DNA of 63,815 nucleotides, filler included, from Octopus bimaculoides (taxonomy: Eukaryota): the NCBI RefSeq assembly GCF_001194135.2. It is 7 parts of 6 records of this genome, joined end to end, with 100 filler letters (N's around TTAATTAATTAA, not from the genome) between each part and the next. Parts side by side here need not be neighbours in the genome. Positions count along the whole stretch, not along the records: positions 35,922 to 52,138 come from NC_069008.1; 6 more parts are not named here. One strand, written 5' to 3'. Numbering within the stretch: the first letter of the stretch is position 1; each line of letters begins with the position of its first letter. Made by a program: the position numbers and the translations under genes. The notes beneath the pieces were generated by a model that did not search any database, had not been told where the DNA came from, and saw only the letters and a program-made list of their open reading frames with translations. Of the stretch, positions 38,119-51,458 are shown in pieces.

Positions 38119-39041
38119 ATGTGCGTGTCTCTCCATATATGTATGTGTGCGTGTTGGTAAATGTGTGTATATGTATATATNNNNNNNNNNNNNNNNNNNN
38201 NNNNNNNNNNNNNNNNNNNNNNNNNNNNNNNNNNNNNNNNNNNNNNNNNNNNNNNNNNNNNNNNNNNNNNNNNNNNNNNNNNNNNNNNNNNNNNNNNNNN
38301 NNNNNNNNNNNNNNNNNNNNNNNNNNNNNNNNNNNNNNNNNNNNNNNNNNNNNNNNNNNNNNNNNNNNNNNNNNNNNNNNNNNNNNNNNNNNNNNNNNNN
38401 NNNNNNNNNNNNNNNNNNNNNNNNNNNNNNNNNNNNNNNNNNNNNNNNNNNNNNNNNNNNNNNNNNNNNNNNNNNNNNNNNNNNNNNNNNNNNNNNNNNN
38501 NNNNNNNNNNNNNNNNNNNNNNNNNNCCTCCCCCCCAGCATCGCTTGACAACCGATGCTGGTGTGTTCACGTCCCCGTAACTTAGCGGTTCGGCAAAAAG
38601 TGACCCGATAGAATAAGTACTAGGCTTACAAAGAATAAGTCCTGGGGTCGATTTGATTCGACTAAAGGTGGTGCTCCAACATGGCCGCAGTCAAATGACT
38701 GAAACAAGTAAAAGAGTAAAAGAGTATATATATATATATATATATATATATACTTGTATATATACACACGCATCGTTGTTTATACCTTAAGTATGTATGC
38801 ATGCATGTGTGTGCGTGCGCGAATACGTATATGTATGTGTGTGTGTGTATGTGTTAAGCGTGTGCGTGTGCGTTCGTGCAAATGTCTGTAAATGTGTATA
38901 TGAGAATGTATATATATATGCTTGTATATGCACACACACATCTTTGTCCACACCATAAGTATGTATGCACGTATGTGTGTTTGTGCACGAGTACGTATAT
39001 ATATGTGTGTGTGATTGTATGTGTGTGTGTGTGTGTGTGAT

Positions 39042-39076
<35 letters not shown>

Positions 39077-39480
39077 TTCCCAATCTTATGCTTCCGGGTT
39101 CAGTCCCAATGTGTTGCACCTTGGGCAAGTGTCATCTACTAGAGACCTAGACCAACCAAAAACTTGTGAGAGGATTTAGTAGACGGAAACTGGAATTGAA
39201 GGAATCCCGTCGTTTATATGTATGTGTATGTATGTGTGTGCGTGTGTGTGTGATTATGTGCGCGTGTGTGTACGTTTGTATCTTTGAGCTTGACAACCGG
39301 TGCTGGTTTGTTTACATCACTGTAACGTAGCAGTTCGGTAAAAGAGACGAACTGAGCAACGATAGGGATTTTTAGAATACAAGTACTAGTGGCAATTTGT
39401 TCGACTAAAACCCTTTCAAGACGGTACTCCAACATGGCCGCAGTTCAAATGACAGAAACAAGTAAAAGATTATATATCTA

Positions 39481-39965
39481 CGAGGTGGTATCAAAAAGCT
39501 CCCGGATTAGTTCTTTAGCGCGCAAACAGATGGCAGCACACAGTTGCGTGCGCAGTGAGAGCTAGCAGTAACCTCTATAAAGCAGTGTGCCGAGTGTCAT
39601 TGCTGTGCTTACTTTGCAAGTTGTGGAATCTGTGTTTTGTGGAATCTGTGTTGTCAGCGATTTTGTCATGGACAAGCACAAAGAGCTAACGTGAAATTTT
39701 GCGTTAAACTTGGGAAGTCTGCTGCAGAGATATTGCTTCGGCAACCTTACAGCAACGCGGCAATGGATCGTACGCAATGTTTCGAGTGGCATGGCCGCTC
39801 CAAAAGCAGATGAACATCCTTGGAAGACGCTGAGTGATCTAGAAGAGCTGACATGAAACTCACCCCTGGAAATGTGGTATTGTGCATTGAGAATTCTTCC
39901 CCCAGGGCCAGACCATCAATCGAGGGTTCCACTGCGATGTTTCGAAGCGTTTGAGGCAGGACATC
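39481..39965 (+). mobile_element. Mariner derivative, second copy, 3'-truncated
   Basis: TA-CGAGGTGGTATCAAAAGC left TIR; [16 protein letters not shown]; GQTINR. Homologous to 33433-34121 and cut by SINE-B. Confidence 0.85.
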
Positions 39966-40300
39966 CCGAAAGGATGTAAGGCAAAGTCGACCTCGGCGGA
40001 ATTTGAACTTAGAAAGTAACGGCAGACGAAATAGCGCTAATCATTTCGTCCAGCGTGCTAACGTTTCTTATTGCTTTATTGCCTACAAGGGGCTAAACAT
40101 AGACGAGACAAACAAGGACAGACAAAGGGATTAAGTCGATTACATCGACCCAATGCGTTAACTGGTACTTAATTTATCGACCCCGAAAAGATGAAAGGCA
40201 AAGTCGACCTCGGCGGAATTTAAACCCAGAACGTAACAGCAGACGAAATACCGCTAAGCATTTCGCCCGGCGTGCTAACGTTTCTGGCAGATCGTCGCCT
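39965..40300 (-). mobile_element. SINE-B partial head (39965-40067) + full tail-type-2 copy (40068-40300)
   Basis: Match to the reverse complement of 61311-61541. Confidence 0.9.
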
Positions 40301-40568
40301 ATAATTACACAAAATTATAGTGGCAATGGTTATTGTTTCTAAAAAAGATTTAACTACACATTTATTATAATACCTACTAATATAGATTGTACTCTTGCTC
40401 TCCTGTTCTTCTATATTTGTATGTATAGCTGAATTTATGTACGTACGTGTGTGAGTATGCTGTATGTCTGTACGCATGCGTATGTGTGTGTAAATATGTG
40501 TATGCATGTATACATGTATATAAAAATGCATACGGATATGAATAAACACTCACATAAATGCACAGACA

Positions 40569-40636
<68 letters not shown>

Positions 40637-41790
40637 NNNNNNNNNNNNNNNNNNNNNNNNNNNNNNNNNNNNNNNNNNNNNNNNNNNNNNNNNNNNNNNN
40701 NNNNNNNNNNNNNNNNNNNNNNNNNNNNNNNNNNNNNNNNNNNNNNNNNNNNNNNNNNNNNNNNNNNNNNNNNNNNNNNNNNNNNNNNNNNNNNNNNNNN
40801 NNNNNNNNNNNNNNNNNNNNNNNNNNNNNNNNNNNNNNNNNNNNNNNNNNNNNNNNNNNNNNNNNNNNNNNNNNNNNNNNNNNNNNNNNNNNNNNNNNNN
40901 NNNNNNNNNNNNNNNNNNNNNNNNNNNNNNNNNNNNNNNNNNNNNNNNNNNNNNNNNNNNNNNNNNNNNNNNNNNNNNNNNNNNNNNNNNNNNNNNNNNN
41001 NNNNNNNNNNNNNNNNNNNNNNNNNNNNNNNNNNNNNNNNNNNNNNNNNNNNNNNNNNNNNNNNNNNNNNNNNNNNNNNNNNNNNNNNNNNNNNNNNNNN
41101 NNNNNNNNNNNNNNNNNNNNNNNNNNNNNNNNNNNNNNNNNNNNNNNNNNNNNNNNNNNNNNNNNNNNNNNNNNNNNNNNNNNNNNNNNNNNNNNNNNNN
41201 NNNNNNNNNNNNNNNNNNNNNNNNNNNNNNNNNNNNNNNNNNNNNNNNNNNNNNNNNNNNNNNNNNNNCCTCTGAATATACGGGGCTGATGCGGGTGGGG
41301 GGGGGCGGTTTCACACTATATACACACGTAATATATATAGGCACAAGCGTGGCTGTGTGGGGGTAAAGAGGTTGCTTCCCCGACTATGTGGCCCTAGGTT
41401 CAGTCTCATCGCACGGTACCTAACCTCTGACGGGCCGAAACTTAATGAATGTATATGGTACATGAAAACTGTCACATACACACACACACACACACAAGCA
41501 CAAACGCAGACAACGTTTTTTGTGATGTCCTGTATACATACATGCTTGTATGTATACATATAGGTGTCGGTATGTACATATATGTATGGATATATGCATA
41601 TAATTATACATGTATGTCAATACATACATAAAATCATTCCATCTTAAAACTTCTCTGCATCATGATCCAAAATGTAAGATCCTTTCTACCCTGATGGAGA
41701 AGAAGGTTTCTGGTTACCTGAATATCGTATGGAACCTTACATCATATGATATTTCTATTACCTGATGTAGTTCTATTAGTTTTGTTTTCC

Positions 41791-42100
41791 TTATTACCTC
41801 CGCCTCGGCGAAGGCAGGAGTATTGTTTTTCAGTTGCCTTTGTTTGTTTGTTGGTTGTCTCTGGACGAGATATCTTAAGAACCGCTGGATGAATTCGGAT
41901 GAAAATTTCAGGAATGTTTGGCCTCGTGACTGGCACGAACTAATTAGATTTGGAGATCGATTCGGTACCGGACAAGAATTCTGGATTATTGTTCCTGTAC
42001 TTTTTTACTTAATTTTTGAGATTGGTCGGGTTCATTTTTAGCATTCTCGTTTGTGAGAGTTGTCGAGCTTATTTCACATATTCTCATTTTAAAAATCATC
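41791..42100 (+). mobile_element. Helentron/HINE (DINE-1-like) non-autonomous element, 5' part
   Basis: TTATTACCTCCGCC..GGCG.AGG hairpin start, (TTTG)n, then GATATCTTAAGAACCGCTGGATGAATTCGGATGAAA.TTTCAGG. This is the layout of HINE-type elements, recalled from known families. Confidence 0.6.
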
Positions 42101-42102
42101 TT

Positions 42103-42216
42103 GAGAGGACGTTGGCAGAGTGGACGTTGGCGGAGAGGACGTTGGCGGAGGACGTTGGCTGAGAGGACGTTGGCGGAGAGGACGTTGGCGGAGGACGTTG
42201 GCGGAAGACGTTGGCT
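42103..42216. repeat. Minisatellite (GA)GAGGACGTTGGC(G), 13-15 bp units x~8, running into a gap
   Basis: Read directly. Confidence 0.95.
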
Positions 42217-42687
42217 NNNNNNNNNNNNNNNNNNNNNNNNNNNNNNNNNNNNNNNNNNNNNNNNNNNNNNNNNNNNNNNNNNNNNNNNNNNNNNNNNNNN
42301 NNNNNNNNNNNNNNNNNNNNNNNNNNNNNNNNNNNNNNNNNNNNNNNNNNNNNNNNNNNNNNNNNNNNNNNNNNNNNNNNNNNNNNNNNNNNNNNNNNNN
42401 NNNNNNNNNNNNNNNNNNNNNNNNNNNNNNNNNNNNNNNNNNNNNNNNNNNNNNNNNNNNNNNNNNNNNNNNNNNNNNNNNNNNNNNNNNNNNNNNNNNN
42501 NNNNNNNNNNNNNNNNNNNNNNNNNNNNNNNNNNNNNNNNNNNNNNNNNNNNNNNNNNNNNNNNNNNNNNNNNNNNNNNNNNNNNNNNNNNNNNNNNNNN
42601 NNNNNNNNNNNNNNNNNNNNNNNNNNNNNNNNNNNNNNNNNNNNNNNNNNNNNNNNNNNNNNNNNNNNNNNNNNNNNNNNNNNNNNN

Positions 42688-42714
<27 letters not shown>

Positions 42715-42718
<4 letters not shown>

Positions 42719-43135
42719 TTGCCGTATTTCTCCGGCCGCTTTAACAATCTGAGTTCAAATCTCGCAGAGTCATCTTTTCCTTTCACTTTTTCGAGGTCGG
42801 TAAAATAAAATACCAGTCAAAAACTGGTGACAATGAAATCAACTGGCCCCTCTCCCCACAGAATTTCAGGCCTTGTGCCTATAGTAGAAAGGATTATTAT
42901 GTGAGATTGTTTTTAAGGTGATAAGCTAACAGAATCGTTAGCACGCCGGACAAAACGCATAGCAGCATTTCGCCGGTTTTTATGTCCTGCGTTCGAATTC
43001 CACCGAGATACACTTTGCCTTTCATCCCTTTCGGGATCGATGATATAAAGACCCAGAATGCTCAGGTCGATTTTATCGATTAACTCTTTCCCCCTCAAAA
43101 TTTCAGACCTTGTGCCAAAATCTGACGCCATTATT
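42715..43135 (+). mobile_element. Two tandem SINE-B copies (42715-42900; 42914-43135)
   Basis: GAGTTC(A/G)AAT B-box-like motifs; tails GCCTTGTGCCTATAGTAGAAAGGATTATTAT and CCTTGTGCCAAAATCTGA. Confidence 0.8.
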
Positions 43136-43289
43136 GTGCACATGATTCATCAATATATTAATTTTGATCCACCAAAATGTTTCCTTCGACCATATCTATA
43201 CTCCTTTAGGTGCCACGTCTAGAATGTAGGATATAGGGACTAGCGTTGCTAGAGTGTGCCGTCTGAGGCGGCTCTTCTGTTTGCCGCCT

Positions 43290-43840
43290 CGGCTGTGTAG
43301 TAAGTAGCTTGCTTACCAATCACATGGTTCTGAGTTCAGTCCCACTGCGTGGCACCTTGGGCAAGTGTCTTCTACTATAGCCTCGGGCCGATCAAAGCCT
43401 TGTGAGTGGATTTGGTAGACGGAAACTGAAAGAAGCCCGTCGTATATATGNNNNNNNNNNNNNNNNNNNNNNNNNNNNNNNNNNNNNNNNNNNNNNNNNN
43501 NNNNNNNNNNNNNNNNNNNNNNNNNNNNNNNNNNNNNNNNNNNNNNNNNNNNNNNNNNNNNNNNNNNNNNNNNNNNNNNNNNNNNNNNNNNNNNNNNNNN
43601 NNNNNNNNNNNNNNNNNNNNNNNNNNNNNNNNNNNNNNNNNNNNNNNNNNNNNNNNNNNNNNNNNNNNNNNNNNNNNNNNNNNNNNNNNNNNNNNNNNNN
43701 NNNNNNNNNNNNNNNNNNNNNNNNNNNNNNNNNNNNNNNNNNNNNNNNNNNNNNNNNNNNNNNNNNNNNNNNNNNNNNNNNNNNNNNNNNNNNNNNNNNN
43801 NNNNNNNNNNNNNNNNNNNNNNNNNNNNNNNNNNNNNNNN

Positions 43841-43879
<39 letters not shown>

Positions 43880-44090
43880 GTTTGTGTATCTGTGTTTGTC
43901 CCCCCAACTTCGCTTGACAACCGATGCTGGTGTGTTTACGTCCCCGTAACTTAGCGGTTCGGCAAAAAGAGACTGATAGAATAAGTACTAGGCTTACAAA
44001 GAATAAGTCTTGGGGTAGATTTGCTCGACTAAAGGTGGTGCCCCAGCATGGCCACAGTCAAATGACTGAAACAAGTAAAGGAGTAAAGAG
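43290..44090 (+). mobile_element. SINE-A whose internal microsatellite contains an N-gap
   Basis: Head 43290-43445 and 3' half 43880-44090. Confidence 0.9.
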
Positions 44091-44199
44091 TATATATATT
44101 GCTTACAGCAGACCCAAAAGTGCCGTCCCTTTAAAAGTGCCGCCCAGGGCGGACTGCTCCCTTCCCCAGCTACGCTAGTGGGTATCGGCAATCATGTTA

Positions 44200-44634
44200 A
44201 CAGTTCCATTTCCTGGTGCTTAATGTCTTTTTCTACCAACCAATTCGTCAGGGTTGACATTTATATCATCCTTTTCCTTCCTCTCCTTCTTTCCCTTTTA
44301 ATCTTCCCGGTCATCGCCAGATTCTCCAGGTCCTGTTTCCTCATCACATATCCCAGAAACCTCAGTTGCTTGGCAATTATCCCACGAAACATTTTCCTAT
44401 TTACCGCAACCCGAGTCAACACTTCTTCATAGAATCTATGTCTGTCCGTAATATCCTCAATATTCGCCTTCGGAACTACAGTTCCTATTAGCAATGTCAC
44501 ACTTCCATACAGTAACACAGACTAGACATAGCAGTTCAATATATGGACTTTGGTCTTGGTGCTGAGAGCACAATTTCTCAAGATGTTATTTTGAGAATGC
44601 AGATTTTGCCAGCACCATCACCAGATATGCAAAA
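44200..44634 (-). pseudogene. RTE LINE 3' fragment, same family as 13515-14995
   Basis: LLYGS..; KQLRFLGYVMRKQDLENLAMTGKI..RRGRKR. Shares GCTGGCAAAATCTGCATTCTCAAAAT with ~14523. Confidence 0.85.
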
Positions 44635-44663
44635 GTGAATATTTTATGGCGTATGTGTTGTGT

Positions 44664-44952
44664 GTTGGCACTCCGTCGCTTACGACGTCGAGGGTTCCAG
44701 TCGATCCGATCAACAGAACAGCCTGCTCGTGAAATTAACGTGCAAGTGGCTGAGCACTCCACAGACACGTGTACTCTTAACGTAGTTCTCGGGGGATATT
44801 CAGCGTGACACAGTGTGACAAGGCTGACCCTTTGAATTACAGGCACAACTGAAACAGGAAGTAAGAGAAAGGTGTGATGAAAGAGTACAGCAGGGTTCGC
44901 CACCATCCCCTGCCGGAGCCTCGTGGAGCTTTAGGTGTTTTTGCTCAATAAA
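44664..44952 (-). mobile_element. SINE-C
   Basis: Reverse complement of 51459-51837; runs into a gap. Confidence 0.95.
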
Positions 44953-45496
44953 NNNNNNNNNNNNNNNNNNNNNNNNNNNNNNNNNNNNNNNNNNNNNNNN
45001 NNNNNNNNNNNNNNNNNNNNNNNNNNNNNNNNNNNNNNNNNNNNNNNNNNNNNNNNNNNNNNNNNNNNNNNNNNNNNNNNNNNNNNNNNNNNNNNNNNNN
45101 NNNNNNNNNNNNNNNNNNNNNNNNNNNNNNNNNNNNNNNNNNNNNNNNNNNNNNNNNNNNNNNNNNNNNNNNNNNNNNNNNNNNNNNNNNNNNNNNNNNN
45201 NNNNNNNNNNNNNNNNNNNNNNNNNNNNNNNNNNNNNNNNNNNNNNNNNNNNNNNNNNNNNNNNNNNNNNNNNNNNNNNNNNNNNNNNNNNNNNNNNNNN
45301 NNNNNNNNNNNNNNNNNNNNNNNNNNNNNNNNNNNNNNNNNNNNNNNNNNNNNNNNNNNNNNNNNNNNNNNNNNNNNNNNNNNNNNNNNNNNNNNNNNNN
45401 NNNNNNNNNNNNNNNNNNNNGGTTATTTGATGACGGTGAACCTACCAGGCATGACTGAAAATATTTTCTTACATTCAAATCCACTAAATTCTAACA

Positions 45497-45851
45497 CAGG
45501 GCGTAGGAGTGGCTGTGTGGTAAGTAGCTTGCTTACGAACCACATGGTTGCGGGTTCAGTTCCACCACGTGGTACCTTGACTGAAACAAGTAAAAGAGAG
45601 GGGGTTCTCAACCATTTGCGTGTGTGTGTATGTTTGTGTGTCTGTGTTTGTCCCTCCCCCCCCACAACATCGCTTGACAACCGATGCTGGTGTGTTTACG
45701 TCCTCGTAACTTAACGGTTCGGCAAAAGAGAACCGATAGCATAAGTACTAGGCTTAGAAAGAATACGTCCTGGGGTCGATTAGCTCGACTAAAAGGCGGT
45801 GCTCCAGCATGGCCACAGTCAAATGACTGAAACAAGTAAAAGAGTAAAGAG
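45497..45851 (+). mobile_element. Rearranged SINE-A (head fused to tail, then a second 3' half)
   Basis: ...CACGTGGTACCTTGACTGAAACAAGTAAAAGAG followed by (TG)n and a normal 3' half. Confidence 0.8.
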
Positions 45852-46100
45852 TAACAACACAACAGTGAATTGCTGATGCTGAACATACCTTCTTACATTC
45901 AATTCCACTAGATTCTAATCGTGAATTTGCAGCAATGACGTTACTGTTTCTCTTTTTATAACTTAAATCCAAGCTGTTATAACTGCAGCATCTCTGAGTC
46001 AACCTTCGCGTTGCTAACGTCACACATCGTAAACTAGCAACAGCCAATGTGGGTGTCGATGCTATAATAAAGTCTTTATAATATATAATCTCTTTAGATA

Positions 46101-46430
46101 GTGGAGGCGCAATGGCCCAGTGGTTAGGGCAGCGGACTCGCGGTCATAGGATCGCGGTTTCGATTCCCAGACCGGGCGTTGTGAGTGTTTATTGAGCGAA
46201 AACGCTTAAAGCTCCACGAGTCTCCGGTACGGGGTGGTGGTGAACCCTGCTGTACTCTTTCACCACAACTTTCTCTTACTTCCTGTTTCTGTTGTGCCTG
46301 TAATTCAAAGGGTCAGCCTTGTCACACTCTGTGTCACGCTGAATATCCCCGAGAACTACGTTAAGGGTACACGTGTCTGTGGAGTGCTCAGCCGGAAACC
46401 TCGACGTCGTAAGCGACGGGGTGCCAACAA
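46101..46430 (+). mobile_element. SINE-C (tRNA-derived head)
   Basis: GTGGAGGCGCAATGGCCCAGTGGTTAGGGCAGCGGACTCGCGGTC...GGTTTCGATTCCC (A/B-box-like); tail GACGTCGTAAGCGACGG.GTGCCAACAA. Confidence 0.95.
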
Positions 46431-46439
46431 AAAAACCTG

Positions 46440-47245
46440 ATGCACAAAAGGGACAGAGATGCAGACAAAGCAGCAAAATGTGACAACCGGTGCAGACTTT
46501 GTGGATTTAACACTGAAGATATTACCCACATCATAAGCAGTTGTCCGAAAATGTCATTATGGTATTATCTACCGATGAGACATGATGTTGTAGCGAGGAC
46601 ACCGTACAATGAAGATCCGTCGGAAGGATAACCTCAAAGAGAAAGAAATAAGGACCTACAGTATGGTAGAAGATGTAGCAAGAAGGAGTACAAGTGGAAT
46701 GCCCCAGCGAAAACCTCAATTAAATGTAAACATAATAGACCAGCCAGTAAAAATCAGCTGCCCGGCGGATATTAACATAAAGCTAAAGATCAGTGCAAAA
46801 GAAAATACATACGTTGAACTATTGAGGAATCTACAATTACTCTACCCAGATTTCAAGTTCAGGTTTATACCTGTAATTATTGGGGAACTGGGATATGTAA
46901 CACGCTGCCTAAATACCAATCTTGAGAAACTAGGCGTCTCAAAACCAGAAAGGAGTAATCTCATTCGAAGACTACAGTTCTAATCCATCACTGGAACTGT
47001 AAAAGTCTGTGAAACTTTCCAGAAGTTTATCATTTCAGTATATATGATTAACATGATTAGATATGGAAGTGTATGCATGAGAAGACATACATGAAACAAA
47101 ACATACCAATCTACATACATACATACATATATACAAAAATACTGTTGATGTTGAAATTCTAGTGAAGGAGCCTTGGATCTAGGTTAGAAACCGGCTCTTT
47201 CTCTATTGGTAGAAAATCTTGAAATAAAACTGAACAATGATGTAC
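46440..47245 (+). mobile_element. REL-endonuclease LINE (R4/Dong-like), 5'-truncated, family 3
   Basis: CRLCGFNTEDITHIISSCP (CCHC), RHDVVAR, KISAKENTYVELL, FIPVIIGELG. The 3' end AATAAAACTGAA is followed by (TACA)n. Confidence 0.8.
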
Positions 47246-48989
47246 ATACATAATACATACATACATACATACAGGTATCTATGTATGTATAGGTATAGGA
47301 GTGGCTGTGTGGTAAATAACTTGCTTACCAGTTATATGGTTCCGGGATCAGTCTCACTGCGTGGCACCTTGGGCAAGTGTTTGCTACTATAGCCTCGGGC
47401 CGACCAAAGCTTTGTGACGTGGTAGATCGAAACTAAAAGAAGCCTGTCGTATATATATATATATATATATNNNNNNNNNNNNNNNNNNNNNNNNNNNNNN
47501 NNNNNNNNNNNNNNNNNNNNNNNNNNNNNNNNNNNNNNNNNNNNNNNNNNNNNNNNNNNNNNNNNNNNNNNNNNNNNNNNNNNNNNNNNNNNNNNNNNNN
47601 NNNNNNNNNNNNNNNNNNNNNNNNNNNNNNNNNNNNNNNNNNNNNNNNNNNNNNNNNNNNNNNNNNNNNNNNNNNNNNNNNNNNNNNNNNNNNNNNNNNN
47701 NNNNNNNNNNNNNNNNNNNNNNNNNNNNNNNNNNNNNNNNNNNNNNNNNNNNNNNNNNNNNNNNNNNNNNNNNNNNNNNNNNNNNNNNNNNNNNNNNNNN
47801 NNNNNNNNNNNNNNNNNNNNNNNNNNNNNNNNNNNNNNNNNNNNNNNNNNNNNNNNNNNNNNNNNNNNNNNNNNNNNNNNNNNNNNNNNNNNNNNNNNNN
47901 NNNNNNNNNNNNNNNNNNNNNNNNNNNNNNNNNNNNNNNNNNNNNNNNNNNNNNNNNNNNNNNNNNNNNNNNNNNNNNNNNNNNNNNNNNNNNNNNNNNN
48001 NNNNNNNNNNNNNNNNNNNNNNNNNNNNNNNNNNNNNNNNNNNNNNNNNNNNNNNNNNNNNNNNNNNNNNNNNNNNNNNNNNNNNNNNNNNNNNNNNNNN
48101 NNNNNNNNNNNNNNNNNNNNNNNNNNNNNNNNNNNNNNNNNNNNNNNNNNNNNNNNNNNNNNNNNNNNNNNNNNNNNNNNNNNNNNNNNNNNNNNNNNNN
48201 NNNNNNNNNNNNNNNNNNNNNNNNNNNNNNNNNNNNNNNNNNNNNNNNNNNNNNNNNNNNNNNNNNNNNNNNNNNNNNNNNNNNNNNNNNNNNNNNNNNN
48301 NNNNNNAAAAAAAAAAAAGATGAGGTAAGGTAAGGTGAGAGAAGTGGCGGTGTGTCGGACTCGCTTTTAAAACACAGACACTCTCCTCTCTTAGTAAAAG
48401 AAAAAAAATAACAAAAAAAAAAAATGAAGAAAAAAGCCTGGCGAGATATTTGATTGGCGAAGAAGAAAGGCATCGCTACTCTTAACAGCCTTTGTTGGTC
48501 ATCGTACGGCCAACATAAACACAGATTGATACATGCAATATACACACGTACACACACATATATATATATATACACGCATACACATACATACATACATGCA
48601 TACATACATACATACATACATACATACACACTCATACATTCACCCATCCATTCATATATATATATATATAATTACGTATATAAATACACACACACAATAT
48701 ATATATTGTGTGTGTGTATGTATGTGTGTACATATATATATATATATACATACAAACATATATATGTTTATACACACACATATATATATATATATATACT
48801 TACACACACACACACACACACACACATACACACACACATATAAACGTATTTACATTCATTTACAAATACTTATCTATATTCATATGGGTGTATACATACG
48901 TATATGTATATATATACACACACACATATATATATATATATGTATATGTACACACACACACATATATATATATGTATATGTATATATGC

Positions 48990-49023
<34 letters not shown>

Positions 49024-50940
49024 GAATGGACATATATATATATGAATACACACTCACACACAGACATATATATTGTATATGTATGCATAATGCGTGTGTG
49101 TGTGTACGTAGATGACTTTGAAGCTGGCGGCCATTTTGGGCAAATTTGTAATATAAAGAAGCCACTATCTTTCCTCTTGTTAATGTTGTTAAATGCTCTG
49201 TTATTTTAGAACATTCTGCTGTTTTTTTAAAAATTTATTTTATTTAACTATGAAACCGGTCGCAATCGTCGTAGTCGTAGTCGTAGCCATGGTCGTAGTC
49301 GTTATCGTCGTAGTGGTCGCAGTTGATGTGGCCGTCGCTGTCACCGATGTTGTTAGTGTGGTCGTTGTTCTGGTTCGTGTAGTTCAAGAATCATTTCTCT
49401 GCGGTCCATAAGCTCAGGTTGAGTCCAGTATTGCGTAAAGTAGGTGCGTATGTGTACTCCAGGCGAACCAGGGCGAAACTCCACGCGTACGCACACGCAC
49501 GCACACACACGCACACACACACACGCGCACACACACACGCACACACACGCAAACACACAGAGACACACACATACACCACACACAGAGACAGACAGACACA
49601 CAGACACATATACACACTCAGAGACACACACAAACACATACAGACAACACACACACACACACAGACGCACACACACAGACGCACGCACACAGACACACAT
49701 AGACAGGATCTTGTTCAAAACGGGGGCACCAGTATTTTCTTAACGAAACACTTTGAAACTTGGGACACTGGTACAATGTGTCATATAAAACATCTTTTTC
49801 TCTTAGTCTTCTTAACAAAAAAACGTACATCGCAAGTTATTTCATGTTAAAGTTGTCGTATTTCTGTAATTTCAACCAATGACTGACGTCCATTCAGCCG
49901 ATATACATTAAGTGCTGACTACGTAAACAAACAATTCTGGCGGTGATAAAATTATTATTTCCTTGTCAAAAAATGGCTGAAGCATATTGGCAGTAGCTAA
50001 TAAACCTTTCTATTATAGGCACAAGGCATGGTTTTTGAGGGAAGGAGCAAGTCAATTNNNNNNNNNNNNNNNNNNNNNNNNNNNNNNNNNNNNNNNNNNN
50101 NNNNNNNNNNNNNNNNNNNNNNNNNNNNNNNNNNNNNNNNNNNNNNNNNNNNNNNNNNNNNNNNNNNNNNNNNNNNNNNNNNNNNNNNNNNNNNNNNNNN
50201 NNNNNNNNNNNNNNNNNNNNNNNNNNNNNNNNNNNNNNNNNNNNNNNNNNNNNNNNNNNNNNNNNNNNNNNNNNNNNNNNNNNNNNNNNNNNNNNNNNNN
50301 NNNNNNNNNNNNNNNNNNNNNNNNNNNNNNNNNNNNNNNNNNNNNNNNNNNNNNNNNNNNNNNNNNNNNNNNNNNNNNNNNNNNNNNNNNNNNNNNNNNN
50401 NNNNNNNNNNNNNNNNNNNNNNNNNNNNNNNNNNNNNNNNNNNNNNNNNNNNNNNNNNNNNNNNNNNNNNNNNNNNNNNNNNNNNNNNNNNNNNNNNNNN
50501 NNNNNNNNNNNNNNNNNNNNNNNNNNNNNNNNNNNNNNNNNNNNNNNNNNNNNNNNNNNNNNNNNNNNNNNNNNNNNNNNNNNNNNNNNNNNNNNNNNNN
50601 NNNNNNNNNNNNNNNNNNNNNNNNNNNNNNNNNNNNNNNNNNNNNNNNNNNNNNNNNNNNNNNNNNNNNNNNNNNNNNNNNNNNNNNNNNNNNNNNNNNN
50701 NNNNNNNNNNNNNNNNNNNNNNNNNNNNNNNNNNNNNNNNNNNNNNNNNNNNNNNNNNNNNNNNNNNNNNNNNNNNNNNNNNNNNNNNNNNNNNNNNNNN
50801 NNNNNNNNNNNNNNNNNNNNNNNNNNNNNNNNNNNNNNNNGTATTCTTGGAATCATAATCCTCGAAAATGAACAGAGATTATCACGGCTGGATTGGCTTT
50901 AGGTTAAACGGGACACGGATGTTTCAGAATTTTCCCCCAA

Positions 50941-51262
50941 TAGGCGCGGGCGTGGCTGTGTGGTAAGTAGTTTGCTTCCCAACCACATGGTTCCGGGTTC
51001 AATCCCACTACGTGGCACTTTAGCTCAGTGTCTTCTACTATAGCCTTAGGCCGACCAAAGCCTTATGAGTGGATTTGGTAGACGGAAACTGAAAGAAGCC
51101 CGTCGTATATACGTATATATGTGTGTGTGCGCGGGTGTGTTTTGTGCCTGTGTTTGTAACTCACCACCATCGTTTGTCAAACTTAGCGGTTCGGCAAAAG
51201 ACAACCGATATTATAAATAATACGCTTACAAAGAATAAAGTCCTGTGGTCGATTTCTTTGAC
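50941..51262 (+). mobile_element. SINE-A with internal deletion
   Basis: TAGGCGCGGGCGTGGCTGTGTGGTAAG...GAAGCCCGTCGTATA...AACTTAGCGGTTCGGCAAAAG. Confidence 0.9.
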
Positions 51263-51458
51263 TAAAACTCGCGCGTGCACATGCGCGTGCGTGTGGTCGA
51301 GATTCAATTGTTTGCCAAGTCATTTGAGCTGGAATCTGAGAGCAGATATTGAAACAGAACCGGAAGTACGGAGTTAGATACTGACAGTTTGGGCAGAGTA
51401 TCAGTGACGAAATATTCATATAGCGATAGTCTTTTTGATATTTAATCATATATAGTAT

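Noticed and set aside
46101-46178. tRNA-like sequence (also other SINE heads)
   Set aside because: It continues directly into SINE bodies, is multi-copy, and lacks a proper acceptor stem; these are SINE heads, not tRNA genes.
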